A stretch of 61,804 nucleotides of DNA, counting the filler, from Globobulimina sp. (taxonomy: Eukaryota), in NCBI GenBank assembly GCA_003354225.1. It is 24 parts of 24 records of this genome, joined end to end, with 100 filler letters (N's around TTAATTAATTAA, not from the genome) between each part and the next. Parts side by side here need not be neighbours in the genome. Positions count along the whole stretch, not along the records: positions 1 to 2,481 come from PIVH01006426.1; positions 2,582 to 5,062 come from PIVH01006427.1; positions 5,163 to 7,643 come from PIVH01006428.1; positions 7,744 to 10,224 come from PIVH01006429.1; 20 more parts are not named here. One strand, given 5' to 3'. Numbering within the stretch: the first letter of the stretch is position 1; the number at the start of each line of letters is the position of its first letter. The translations under genes were made by a program, and so were the position numbers. Below are positions 1 through 10,324 of the stretch, in pieces. The notes below the pieces were generated by a model. It was not told the DNA's origin. It did no database searches and saw only the letters and a program-made list of their open reading frames with translations.

Positions 1-7
1 AAAAAAT

Positions 8-2392
8 GTGTCCATCAATAAAGATAAAACAAAATTAAGCAAAATTGAAAGAATAGAAATTATAAAAAATGCATTTAAAATATATGAGCAAATCGGTGAA
101 ACAAAAGGATATTTTGTCACTTCTGAACTCTTCAAATTATGTTTGGATTTTCAATATCCACACAAAATATTTTCTATTTGGAATGATATTCTTAAAAATC
201 GTAATATTTCATTTGTATTATTACTGAAATGTTGCATTCAATCTGGTGATATAAATAAATCCATTCAAGTTTTACAATGGATCAAAAACGATGGTTTCAA
301 CCAATATCAATACAAAAGTGTATCAATTAATGTTACCAAATTAATATCTCTTTGCAACAATGACATTGAAATAATCCACCAAATCCATCAATTAATTGAT
401 ACATTCGAGTCATTAAAAAGCGATTTATTTATCAAAACTGCACTAATTAACGCTTATGGAAATCATTCTGATTTACAAAATGCAACAAAGATATTTGATT
501 CTATTGGCAGTCATCAAATGGATAACATTCTCGTGAGTAATATGATGAAAGTATGCATCCAAAATGACTCTGCAAAGCAAGCACTGTCAGTATATGATGA
601 ATATATTAATTCAAATAAAAGTAATTATAATGACATAAATGTTTTGCTAGCAATCAAAGCGTGCATAAATGCAAATTGTTTTGACAGAGGAATTGATTTA
701 ATCGCTAAACATATCGATCTAAGAAATGCATCTATAAACATGAAAAATACTCTGATTAATTTTTATCAACATTTTGGTGATTTTACCACTGCCATAAATA
801 CATTCGACTCTATCAAGCTTTGTGAGAGAAGCTCAGCGACGATTGGTTGTGTTATGAATGCTTTTGCTAAAAACGGAATGAATGATAAAGTTATAAGTCT
901 CTACAATGAACATCCTCATTTAATAGATGTTGGTCTGCATAGAAGTGTAATTGCTGCATATTCAAACATTCATGATATAAAAAGTATTGTTGATCTGTTT
1001 GAGTCAGTGGCACAAAACCATAAATATGGCATTATTGGGTGTGTTATGAAAGCATTAATTGAGAATAACTGTGACGAGATGGCATTATCTATTTACAACG
1101 ACTATAATAATGATAATATGTGTGCTGACAATGCAGTGTCTCATATTATGGCATTAAGAGCGTGCATGAATTTGAATGATTGCAATTCCGGCAAACAAAT
1201 AATAACAGACGTAAGTGGTAGGAATATGAGTATTGAATTACAAACAATGGTTATTGACTTTTATCAACATTTTGGCGATATTAATAACGCTCAAATAATG
1301 TTCAATTCGCTCATAGATAAGAATTACGAAACAGTTGTGAGTGTTTGTACTATGATTAAAGGTTTGGTGAATAATGAATATTATGAACAGGCACTATCAT
1401 TATATGATACATATATTTGTTTATGTAACGATACAATGCATTTATTGGCATTGAAAGCTTGCAGAAAAAGTAATAACTTTGAGAAAGGAAAGCAAATCCA
1501 TTCCAATATTGACAATGAAATGGAAATCAATTTAGCGAATACATTGGTTTATTTTTATGGTGATTTTGCGGATATAATCAATGCACAAAATATCTTTAAT
1601 GCCATTGTTGATAATGACAAAATGAATGTTGTTATATCCAGTATTGGTGCAATGATGAATGCATATTATCAAAATAAAATGTATTATGAATGTATTCAAT
1701 TATTTAAAAATATAAATAGAAGATGGAAACATTTAAACCCTGACATCATATGTTATACAATTGTATTAAATGCATGCGCTCAAAGCACATCTTATCATTT
1801 TGGTGATGGCATTTATAAGAATCTAACAGCGAATATTGATGGAAACGAATGGATGTTATCAGATTCCAATATGCAATGTGCTTTGATTGATTTTTATGCG
1901 AAATCTGGTGATATGAATATGTGTCGACAAATATTTAATGATATTGAAAATAAATCAAATAATATTTATGTTTGGAATTCAATGCTCAATGCATATGCGA
2001 AGAATTTTGATTTCAAAAACGCAAAACAAATATTTGATATAACACCAAAACGAAATAAAGAAACTTTGATTGCATTTATAAATTGTTGTGGTCACTGTGG
2101 GGAAATACAAAATGCATTCAATGTGTGGCAATGTGAGATATTAAAATATGATTCCTATATTATGTCGAGTTTAATCGATTGTTATTCAAGAAATGGACTT
2201 ATTAAAGAAGCGTTTGATTTGTTAATGCAATATGAAACGCATAAAGTTAAAGAAAGTGAGAATGACAAAGTAATGTGGATCGCCATTTTAAATGGATGTA
2301 ATATTTATAAAAATGATAAGATCGGAAAAATTATTTATGATGAAATGAAGGCCCGATTTAATTCTGATGCCAAAATTCATGGACACACATAA
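8..2392 (+). CDS. Pentatricopeptide repeat (PPR) protein, probably 5'-partial
   Basis: Repeated ~35-aa motifs such as IKTALINAYGNHSDLQNATKIFDSI, ALIDFYAKSGDMNMCRQIFNDI, VWNSMLNAYAK, SSLIDCYSRNGLIKEAF. Confidence 0.9.
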   Translation: MSINKDKTKLSKIERIEIIKNAFKIYEQIGETKGYFVTSELFKLCLDFQYPHKIFSIWNDILKNRNISFVLLLKCCIQSGDINKSIQVLQWIKNDGFNQYQYKSVSINVTKLISLCNNDIEIIHQIHQLIDTFESLKSDLFIKTALINAYGNHSDLQNATKIFDSIGSHQMDNILVSNMMKVCIQNDSAKQALSVYDEYINSNKSNYNDINVLLAIKACINANCFDRGIDLIAKHIDLRNASINMKNTLINFYQHFGDFTTAINTFDSIKLCERSSATIGCVMNAFAKNGMNDKVISLYNEHPHLIDVGLHRSVIAAYSNIHDIKSIVDLFESVAQNHKYGIIGCVMKALIENNCDEMALSIYNDYNNDNMCADNAVSHIMALRACMNLNDCNSGKQIITDVSGRNMSIELQTMVIDFYQHFGDINNAQIMFNSLIDKNYETVVSVCTMIKGLVNNEYYEQALSLYDTYICLCNDTMHLLALKACRKSNNFEKGKQIHSNIDNEMEINLANTLVYFYGDFADIINAQNIFNAIVDNDKMNVVISSIGAMMNAYYQNKMYYECIQLFKNINRRWKHLNPDIICYTIVLNACAQSTSYHFGDGIYKNLTANIDGNEWMLSDSNMQCALIDFYAKSGDMNMCRQIFNDIENKSNNIYVWNSMLNAYAKNFDFKNAKQIFDITPKRNKETLIAFINCCGHCGEIQNAFNVWQCEILKYDSYIMSSLIDCYSRNGLIKEAFDLLMQYETHKVKESENDKVMWIAILNGCNIYKNDKIGKIIYDEMKARFNSDAKIHGHT

Positions 2393-2481
2393 AACCTTGT
2401 TATTTATCAATGTATGCTCTGTTCACAGCACAATCATAGTCTACATTTCATGATTTCCATCAGTATCTCTTTTCATATCCT

Positions 2482-2581
2482 NNNNNNNNNNNNNNNNNNN
2501 NNNNNNNNNNNNNNNNNNNNNNNNNTTAATTAATTAANNNNNNNNNNNNNNNNNNNNNNNNNNNNNNNNNNNNNNNNNNNN
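2482..2581. other. Artificial contig spacer (first of 23): N-run + TTAATTAATTAA + N-run, 100 nt
   Basis: An identical 100-nt spacer with six-frame stops recurs every ~2.58 kb; the flanking contigs shrink steadily from 2481 to 2478 nt. Confidence 0.98.
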
Positions 2582-2761
2582 GTAATGAAGAAAAAAGTGG
2601 AAGTGAAGTTTTTTTTTATGTGTGGAACGAGAAAAAAATGTTTGAAAATGCAATAATTATTCAACCCAATGCAGTCTGTCTATATCTTTGATACGAGGGT
2701 AGAAAAGATACGATTGGACAAGTTTAGTTAACGTTGTTGAAACTATACAAGACGACTATGT

Positions 2762-3496
2762 TTAGGACATTCTTCTGCGCGTAGAATGATCAAATATCAC
2801 AATCTGCAGATATTGGTCAGAACATATTTCATATCTCTGTGAGTTGTCGCCGATATCTTTTACATTTGGATCAACATTAATGACCTTTCTGTCCCTTTTA
2901 TTTTTGAACAATAATCCGTATTGATTGTCAGCGATCACTTGGAAATTTTGTGTAGGATTTGAATTTGCGGTTTGTGTCTCCCAATTATAATATGATAAAT
3001 CAGAAGGTTTTGGTTTTAATTTTTTCTTTTTTTCAAAATATAATCGAAAGTTTTCTGTTAATAAACGGTTTCCATAATCAATATAACCGCTTATTTCCTG
3101 TCCACGATTGTTTACTGTGCGAATGAATATGATTGTGGTTAGTTTTCCGTTTCGAACTAATTCTTCCCGTTTGGCCAATTCGTACAAAAATGTATTTGAC
3201 GATAAATCCAAACCGAAGCTAAATAATTCGATTTGTTGATTGCCTCTTTTTAGATTATTTTTGTTATTTAATTCCTGGAATTCGCGCTTTTTTTCTTCAA
3301 ATTCTTTACGACTCAAAGTATCGCCACTTCCACGATATCCTAATTCCACCAATTCGCGTGCTAGCTCCTCATCGCATAAATAATATAAATCACGTTCTGT
3401 TACTTGTTCATCCAAATAGTCCTCATAGGTTGCATACGATGACACGTGTATACTGCAACCGTTATTTATGGAATCTGCGTTATTGTTTGATTTCAT
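2762..3496 (-). CDS. CFAP299: Cilia- and flagella-associated protein 299 (DUF4464 family)
   Basis: Family motifs TYEDYLD..VT..DLYYL.DEELARELVELGYRG, TIIFIR...GQEISGYIDY, DLSYYNW, GLLFKNKRDRKVINVDP. Confidence 0.88.
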   Translation of the reverse strand: MKSNNNADSINNGCSIHVSSYATYEDYLDEQVTERDLYYLCDEELARELVELGYRGSGDTLSRKEFEEKKREFQELNNKNNLKRGNQQIELFSFGLDLSSNTFLYELAKREELVRNGKLTTIIFIRTVNNRGQEISGYIDYGNRLLTENFRLYFEKKKKLKPKPSDLSYYNWETQTANSNPTQNFQVIADNQYGLLFKNKRDRKVINVDPNVKDIGDNSQRYEICSDQYLQIVIFDHSTRRRMS

Positions 3497-3569
3497 TTGT
3501 ATTTGAGATATTCATATTCATAATGATTACAAATCACGTCACCAACTGCCATTAGTAACACATATTTAT

Positions 3570-3720
3570 GTCTACGGAGGTTGAAAATGTGCGATGTGTG
3601 TACGGAGATTAAAAATTGACCTGACGGAGATTAAAGATTTTTTTCCTACTTTAATTTACATGACGTGATTCTAGAAAGTGTCTACGGAGATTAATTGATA
3701 GTGCATGTCTACGGAGATTG
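3570..3720. promoter_or_regulatory. Cluster of five (T)ACGGAG(A)TT motifs upstream of CFAP299
   Basis: Copies at about 3573, 3601, 3624, 3683 and 3710 in AT-rich intergenic DNA; a regulatory role is inferred only. Confidence 0.45.
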
Positions 3721-3961
3721 GAAATGTTGAATTCGTTTTTCGATGCAAAAACATATATTTATTAATTGTTTTTGATCATTGAAATTGATCTTTTGCCAAG
3801 GATTAAATAAAAAAAAAAAAGACATCCAGAAAAAAATAATAATAGATCAATTTCATATTTTCACAATTAATATGCTGTGTAATGTGTAAATGTCAGTGCC
3901 ACATTAACTACATACTCATATTAGTGGTGATTTTTGACGGGTTTTTGTTACGTATACTTTT

Positions 3962-5062
3962 TTACAATATAGGAACATTAATAGAGAGTATTTTCGTCTC
4001 TTCATCAATATTTGCTTCAATATGCTGATCGTCGATTTTGTCGTCAATATTACCGACAGTCTCTGGAGGCGGCGACGGCGAAGTGAACAATTTATTAAAG
4101 CGTAGCTGAAATATAATGAGTTCCTTCTCCTTTTCTGAATTGATGGGATTGATAAAGCACAACTTGATCATTGTATTGCTTGTGTGCAACCGTAGCGAGT
4201 CCGACTCAAAATTGCCAATCGCGACTCGCAAATGGATGTAGACCAACTCCTTCATCACACTCTCTTTCTTATCGCGCAAATAATTTCGAAATTTCTCGTA
4301 CTCGAAGTACCGCTCTTTCTGGTCACTCACTAACAGCATAAAGCAATTACGCTTCGTGGTGCACTCGACAAACAAGGAAAAATTCAGTAAAGTGCGAATT
4401 AAGCGGCAGTCCATCTTCTTGTAGGACAATATCTGTTTAATTATCTTTATTTGGCTATGGCTGCTATTGCTGTTCTTGCGGGGCACTGCGTTCTTGCTCT
4501 CATTCTTCTTCTCCTTCTCCAAAGTGAGCCATTCTGTGCTTAGGATCCTGGCCCGGTCTTCGTACAAATTCTTGAATGTTTTGGTCTGAATCTGCCATAC
4601 TTTGCTCGGGTCCTTCTTGCCGCGGATGGATTGCTGCCCAGATTTCTTCAAAAAGGGCAAGATTTCGTCGTAATAATACACCTCAAAGAGCTGCTTGGCG
4701 GTGGGCGGGTTGCTGCCTTTGGACAACTTGAATTTGCTCAGCAACTCTTTCTTTGTTGGTTGCCGAATGTGAATATGCCGGTTGGTCTTCGCTGAGCTGT
4801 GCACTGAGTAATACTTGAAAATCACCGTCTGACTGTTGGGCGATTGGGGGACGTTGTTGTGGTGGTTGTGGCTCTCCATTTTGTGCTCAATATGGACGGT
4901 GTTCTGCACATTGTTCTTGCTGCCGCCGACGCCATTATTCTCCCGCCTCATTTCTAACCATTTGGCCCGCAATACGTCGGCCCGCTTATTGTACATTTTT
5001 TGGAACTCATTGGTCTGCAAATTCCACGCTTTGCCGATATCTTTTTTTGTGTTGACTGTGTC
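3962..5062 (-). CDS. HMG-box-like protein, 5'-partial
   Basis: Two HMG-like helices: IGKAWNLQTNEFQKMYNKRADVLRAKW and PPTAKQLF...SKVWQIQTKTFKNLYEDRA. Confidence 0.5.
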   Translation of the reverse strand, partial: DTVNTKKDIGKAWNLQTNEFQKMYNKRADVLRAKWLEMRRENNGVGGSKNNVQNTVHIEHKMESHNHHNNVPQSPNSQTVIFKYYSVHSSAKTNRHIHIRQPTKKELLSKFKLSKGSNPPTAKQLFEVYYYDEILPFLKKSGQQSIRGKKDPSKVWQIQTKTFKNLYEDRARILSTEWLTLEKEKKNESKNAVPRKNSNSSHSQIKIIKQILSYKKMDCRLIRTLLNFSLFVECTTKRNCFMLLVSDQKERYFEYEKFRNYLRDKKESVMKELVYIHLRVAIGNFESDSLRLHTSNTMIKLCFINPINSEKEKELIIFQLRFNKLFTSPSPPPETVGNIDDKIDDQHIEANIDEETKILSINVPIL

Positions 5063-6574
5063 NNNNNNNNNNNNNNNNNNNNNNNNNNNNNNNNNNNNNN
5101 NNNNNNTTAATTAATTAANNNNNNNNNNNNNNNNNNNNNNNNNNNNNNNNNNNNNNNNNNNNAAATGAATTGCTGGCTGACAAAAACGTTATAAGGTAAC
5201 AAATGCGTTGCTGATTGACAGAAAAACCTGCTCAAAACCTTGAGAAACGTTTCTATCTGCATCGTGACAGAAGAATCGCAAAGTTCCAAAATCCCAAAAG
5301 TCTATGGATCCTAAAACATGAACGACAATGATTATGAAAATATGTATAATATATATTTACATAAACATGTATTTTGTGATCAATTGGGAAGTGATGATAT
5401 TATGGATTAGTCACTCATTAGTTCTCATGGATAGTAAGTATGAGCTAAAATGGCTATGGGGCATGGAATGGATCAAATTGAATTGGATTGGTGTGAATTT
5501 AAATAATTGTTGAGAGTTAGAATTGATTAAATTTGTATATATTGTGAAGAGTTGAATTGTTAGAAACAATTAAAAGGTGAAGATGAAAATTATCGCATAG
5601 AAAGTTAAAATTTGTTTGAAGGAAAGATGGAATTGATCTGATAATAACTTTTTTTTGATTTGACAATGAACTGTCAGATATTAACTGACTGTCCTTTGCT
5701 CCTTGCACACAAACATTAATTCTTTTAAACAATATCCTTGCACACAAAAATGACCACGTACCAATCCAATTAAACCTATCAAACAATTATTCTTTGTTTG
5801 ATGATAAAACAAACATAAAAATAAACATATCTTTCGCTCAGCAGTGTTGCTATTTAGTCCTTTTGTTTGAGGTTTGGTGATTTCCAAGCAAGAAAACTGG
5901 ATTTACTTCAAATCAAGTAGCAAAATCAATGGCTTCATTAGCAAAAAAGTCAAACGGGCTATAACAATGTGAAGGCATGCACCAGTATATGATGGACACG
6001 AATCAATCAACAAGAAATCCCAAATGTTAAGACTTTTTCAGTTAATTCATTATCCGTTTCTGTATTCACTTATACACCGAAAATGAAAGGAAGTATTGGA
6101 GATATGGGAAAAATTACAATTGGAACTCTATCTTAAATTGGCCAAAGAACATGAATAATATATTTTTTGAAGAAATATGTTTTTATGAATTATTTTAGAA
6201 CTAGTAATTATATTCTGCATTTTGTAATATCAAGTTTTTTGAAAGTAGCTTCAGTTAAACTAGAGCTTTTAGCACACTTTTCCCTGTGACATTAACTTAA
6301 GTTTGTGATTACCTGCGTTTAGCCAAAATTTATAATATTATTGTCAGAGGTTTCGTATTTATTGACAAACACAAGTTTAACGCAAACATATAAACTGCGT
6401 CAATCATCGAAACATGTGACAAACAGAGAGTCGTATATTGTCAGGATATTAATTCTTATATTTTTTGTCTCTATTGGACGAAGCGTTTTTGTATGCGATT
6501 TTATATGAAAAAAGAATTGCATACAAATATATGAAATATTATTTTATCATTAAGAATGGCAAACTGTCATCGAT

Positions 6575-7470
6575 CTAAATATCGTGATATTTGATGTCTA
6601 TTTCTTTCACTTTAGTCCAACAAAAGCAAGGAAGACAGGGTTTATTGTATCCCCAAATTTCACCTAATTTTTCAATCCTATTTTTATTCTCATCGACTGA
6701 ATATTGATCCATTCCAAACCCTAATTTCATTTCTTTGCATCCTCCCCACATAAGATTTACATATTTAATATTTGGATCAGCAATACATCTCTTTAAATTT
6801 TTTGTTTCTTCACAAAAGAGCAACATTTTTTTTTCACAGCTTCAACGCTGTACCAATCGGACCCAATGTACGCATTATTTATAATCACATTATACGCAAA
6901 GGCCACCAGTTTATTCTTCAAATAATATTCTTCAATATTGCCAATAGTAAGAAATATCCACACACATCGTAAAAATGTCTCCAATTTGGAAGTTTTAATG
7001 AACCGTTGATGTTCAATTAATACTCTAAAATGCTCTATTTTTAAATAATTGCATGATATCGTTTTAATTTTTAAATTTTCTGTTTTACGTAGTTTATTGA
7101 TTGTGGCTGGAGTTTTTTTTAATATCTTTCTCCGAGAATTACGGCTGAGAGTTTTCACGAAGTCAGTCAAAGAATGATAAGACGACATGTCTTTAGCAAA
7201 TGTGGGTTGCTGGGCATATGCGTAAAATGCAGCATAGAAGTTTTGTCGTACTAATAACCAACGAAAAGGATATATCACGAACCGCATGCCATTGAAGTAT
7301 TTTATTGAACTGCAGAATAATGCAACGTGAGTGCAAAATGTAATAAATACATAATACCATTTCACCTCATTTGCAATGTAAACATAAATGAATGATGGTA
7401 ATAAAAGTATTAGGAGCAGCGCCAAAATATGTGTTAGACCTATAACAACATAAAATACTTTCATCATCAT
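6575..7470 (-). CDS. Membrane-anchored GNAT-like protein split by a frameshift in an A9 run
   Basis: N-terminal hydrophobic segments, then SLTDFVKTLSRNSRRK and EEYYLKNKLVAFAY; a second frame (KYVNLMWGGCKEMKLGFG) begins at the T9 run 6826-6834. Confidence 0.45.
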
Positions 7471-7743
7471 TTTATTAATACAGAGGATATTGTATCGGGT
7501 TTTGATAAATATAGGATAAAATTGCCAATAGAGTTAGTGCATTTAAGTGAAAAGAAAGTAAAGTCACTAATTCAGTGCCATTTCATTCGTCTCAGCAACG
7601 ATATCAAGGTTTTCAACTCAATAAAAAACTTAATGTGCTACAANNNNNNNNNNNNNNNNNNNNNNNNNNNNNNNNNNNNNNNNNNNNTTAATTAATTAAN
7701 NNNNNNNNNNNNNNNNNNNNNNNNNNNNNNNNNNNNNNNNNNN

Positions 7744-7995
7744 GGATACTGAGCACCATTTACGTTTCCAAGGCACGTAAAATGGATGAATTGCTGTAGA
7801 AACAATAACAGTGTTATCACTCAAGGTGATTTGACGTAATTCGTTTACATTGAATTGCAATATCCTTTGCACTGTATTTTCGACCATTAATTGTTTATTG
7901 ACGTCGTACGATAATATTTTTGCGCCAATTTTAACATTTTCAATATTGCTGCATTTCATATTTGATAATAAAATCTGTGTTCCGTTTGGGAAACA
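7744..7995 (-). other. Hint / intein-like domain 2, truncated by contig end
   Basis: [31 protein letters not shown]; aligns by eye with Hint 1. Confidence 0.92.
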
Positions 7996-10224
7996 GCCGC
8001 CGCGTAATCTCAGCACCAAATGCAACTCCGCGCCTTGTCGGATATTATAATTTGATAAACTTCGGCCGTCTTCCAATTGTTTGCCAGCAAAGATAAGCCG
8101 TTGCTGTTCAGGCGGAATGCCTTCGCACTTTTGTATTTTATGTTTAATTGTCTCGATTGTGTCAGAGGGTTCTACATTTAATGTAATTTGTTTTCCGGTT
8201 AATGTGGATACTAATATTTGCATTGCGTTGTGAACTAAAAATCCATTGGCAAAGAAATTATGCACGTTATCGATATGCAATGTATATACTTTTTTATTTT
8301 CTGCAAAATATCTATGTTCAATGTCACAAACCGCAAAGCTTTGAAATTTATGATCCATCAAACAATCGCCAATATGCAATTTATCAATTTTTGGATTGAA
8401 GGATGTGGGTTCAACACAACACCATTTTTGCCGATTTGTGACGTACATCGGATGCGATGGGGTACACATTATTTGTTTGCCGTTATTCAACGTAATAATC
8501 GATAGCTCATTGACTAAATATATCAATACATCCTGAACTCGATGCATTTGTAATTTACTTTCCATCATATTATATGTCAAAACATTGTCATTTACTTTTA
8601 CATCTTCAATGTTCTTACTTTCACCGTGTTGTAATAATACTTTTGTTCCCTCAATAAAACAGCCGCCACGTAGTCGTAATACTAAATGCAACGTAGAATC
8701 GGGCTGAATATTATAGTGTGACAATGTTTTGCCATCTTCCAACTGTTTGCCTGCAAAGATAAGCCGTTGTTGATCCGGCGGAATGCCTTCCAAATCTTGG
8801 ATTTTTTCTTTTATATTTTGTATTGAATCGTTAGATTCGACCTCAATGTCAAGTGTCTTTCCCGTCAATGTCTTAACATGAATTTCGAAAGAAGGCGTTT
8901 TAAAAAATAATAAATCTTTCCATTCGATGCTTTGTTGTGATAATTTAACACCATCTTTAATGGCAATTATTTCCTCGTCATTGAGTGCATTATCACCATC
9001 AGCATATCTGTATAGATATTGAATGTCATATTCTTTTAAAATATCATCCATGTCCTCCAAAGCTAATACATTGTAAACTGAGTGTTGTTTAACAATCAAA
9101 TAATTTACAGAGTCATTCATAGCATAACGGATCCACGAAACATAAATTTCATTTCTTGTTTCATTGGAATCTGTGAAGAATTCAAGCAAATCTGGCTCAT
9201 TCTTTTGTAATTGCAACGTTTTAATATCCGAAACTTGAACATCTCGAAACATTGATTTTGGCACACAATGACTGAAGAAATATACGTTTTGTCCTAAATT
9301 TAACCGCAGATCTTTGGGTGTCGCATCTAATAAATTTGTATCATATCTATACTGATCATATCCCGTTGGAAACCTTTGTTTTCTATCGATTGCAATATGT
9401 ATTTTTTCATTATATTTGGGATAGACTTCAAATTGAATACCACCAACATCTTCAAATATTTCTTCTTTCTCTTCCTTTGCCTCTGCCTCTTCCTCTTCTC
9501 CTCCATCCTTTCCTTTGTCTGAAGTGGAAGTTGCGGCATTATCTTGTTTATCATTGGTTATTTTCTCTTTTTCCTTTAACATTTTCTTGACCTGATGTTC
9601 GACGGTAAATCCTTTCCCTAACGGCATAGCAACAAACTGTCGAACATATCCATCGCCACAATTTATACCATCCAACCATGGCTGTTTGGGCAAACACACA
9701 TAATTCTGATCAGCCATTGTTCGCGATATTAATCTGGATTGCCATTGATTGCCAGTAATCGCATTTATTTTGCCAGCACCAATTTTTACCGCACCTACAA
9801 AACGAAAATGAAGTATATATTATAATATATATTGTTATATAGCAGCATACTAAACATTGTGCGGAGGCATCGAAACTGATCCACATAGCTTCTTTTTGCC
9901 ACATTGGAATGACAACACCTTTTCTTTTTTTCCACTGCTGTGGTAAACCCTCACTGTTGATATAATCGCTAACTTTTTCAATTTCAAAGGCACCCAATGA
10001 TGGAGGCAGAGGATATGTATTATTATCATCAGGAATACGTAAAGTACGTTGAAATTGAATGCGTGCATCGCCAATTTCTAATGTTTGATTATTGCGTAAT
10101 TTAACGGATAAGCCGCCATCATATCTTATTTCTCCTTCAGTTTGAGCAGTTTTTTCTTCTTTGTCATAAATAATAGCTTCATCTAAAAAATCATTCCAAT
10201 ATTCAATGAACTGGGTATTGGTTG
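7744..10224 (-). CDS. Polyprotein: conserved uncharacterised N-terminal domain + ubiquitin-Hint-ubiquitin-Hint (BUBL-like); partial at both ends; intron 9795-9855
   Basis: Frame is open from the contig edge ([36 protein letters not shown]). A 61-nt GTTTAG..TGTAG intron joins it to [15 protein letters not shown] and the 7696-9717 ORF, which holds two LRLRGG ubiquitins each followed by a CF Hint start. Confidence 0.9.
7996..8223 (-). other. Ubiquitin domain 2 (76 aa)
   Basis: [11 protein letters not shown]...[19 protein letters not shown]...[10 protein letters not shown]; 59/76 identical to canonical ubiquitin by manual count. Confidence 0.97.
8227..8661 (-). other. Hint / intein-like (BIL-type) domain 1, 145 aa, no endonuclease
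   Basis: Block A CFIEGTKV, block B TPSHPMYV (TxxH), blocks [24 protein letters not shown] ending His-Asn; the +1 residue is Ala. Confidence 0.95.
8662..8889 (-). other. Ubiquitin domain 1 (76 aa)
   Basis: [11 protein letters not shown]...[19 protein letters not shown]...[10 protein letters not shown]; 59/76 identical to canonical ubiquitin by manual count. Confidence 0.97.
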
Positions 10225-10324
10225 NNNNNNNNNNNNNNNNNNNNNNNNNNNNNNNNNNNNNNNNNNNNTTAATTAATTAANNNNNNNNNNNNNNNNNNNN
10301 NNNNNNNNNNNNNNNNNNNNNNNN

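Noticed and set aside
5163-6570. Short ORFs in both directions
   Set aside because: No recognisable domains; AT-rich intergenic DNA or decayed sequence
8227-8661. Hint 1 as a mobile canonical intein or a hedgehog Hint
   Set aside because: It has no homing endonuclease, the +1 residue is Ala rather than Cys/Ser/Thr, and it ends His-Asn without a sterol-recognition region; this fits BIL type
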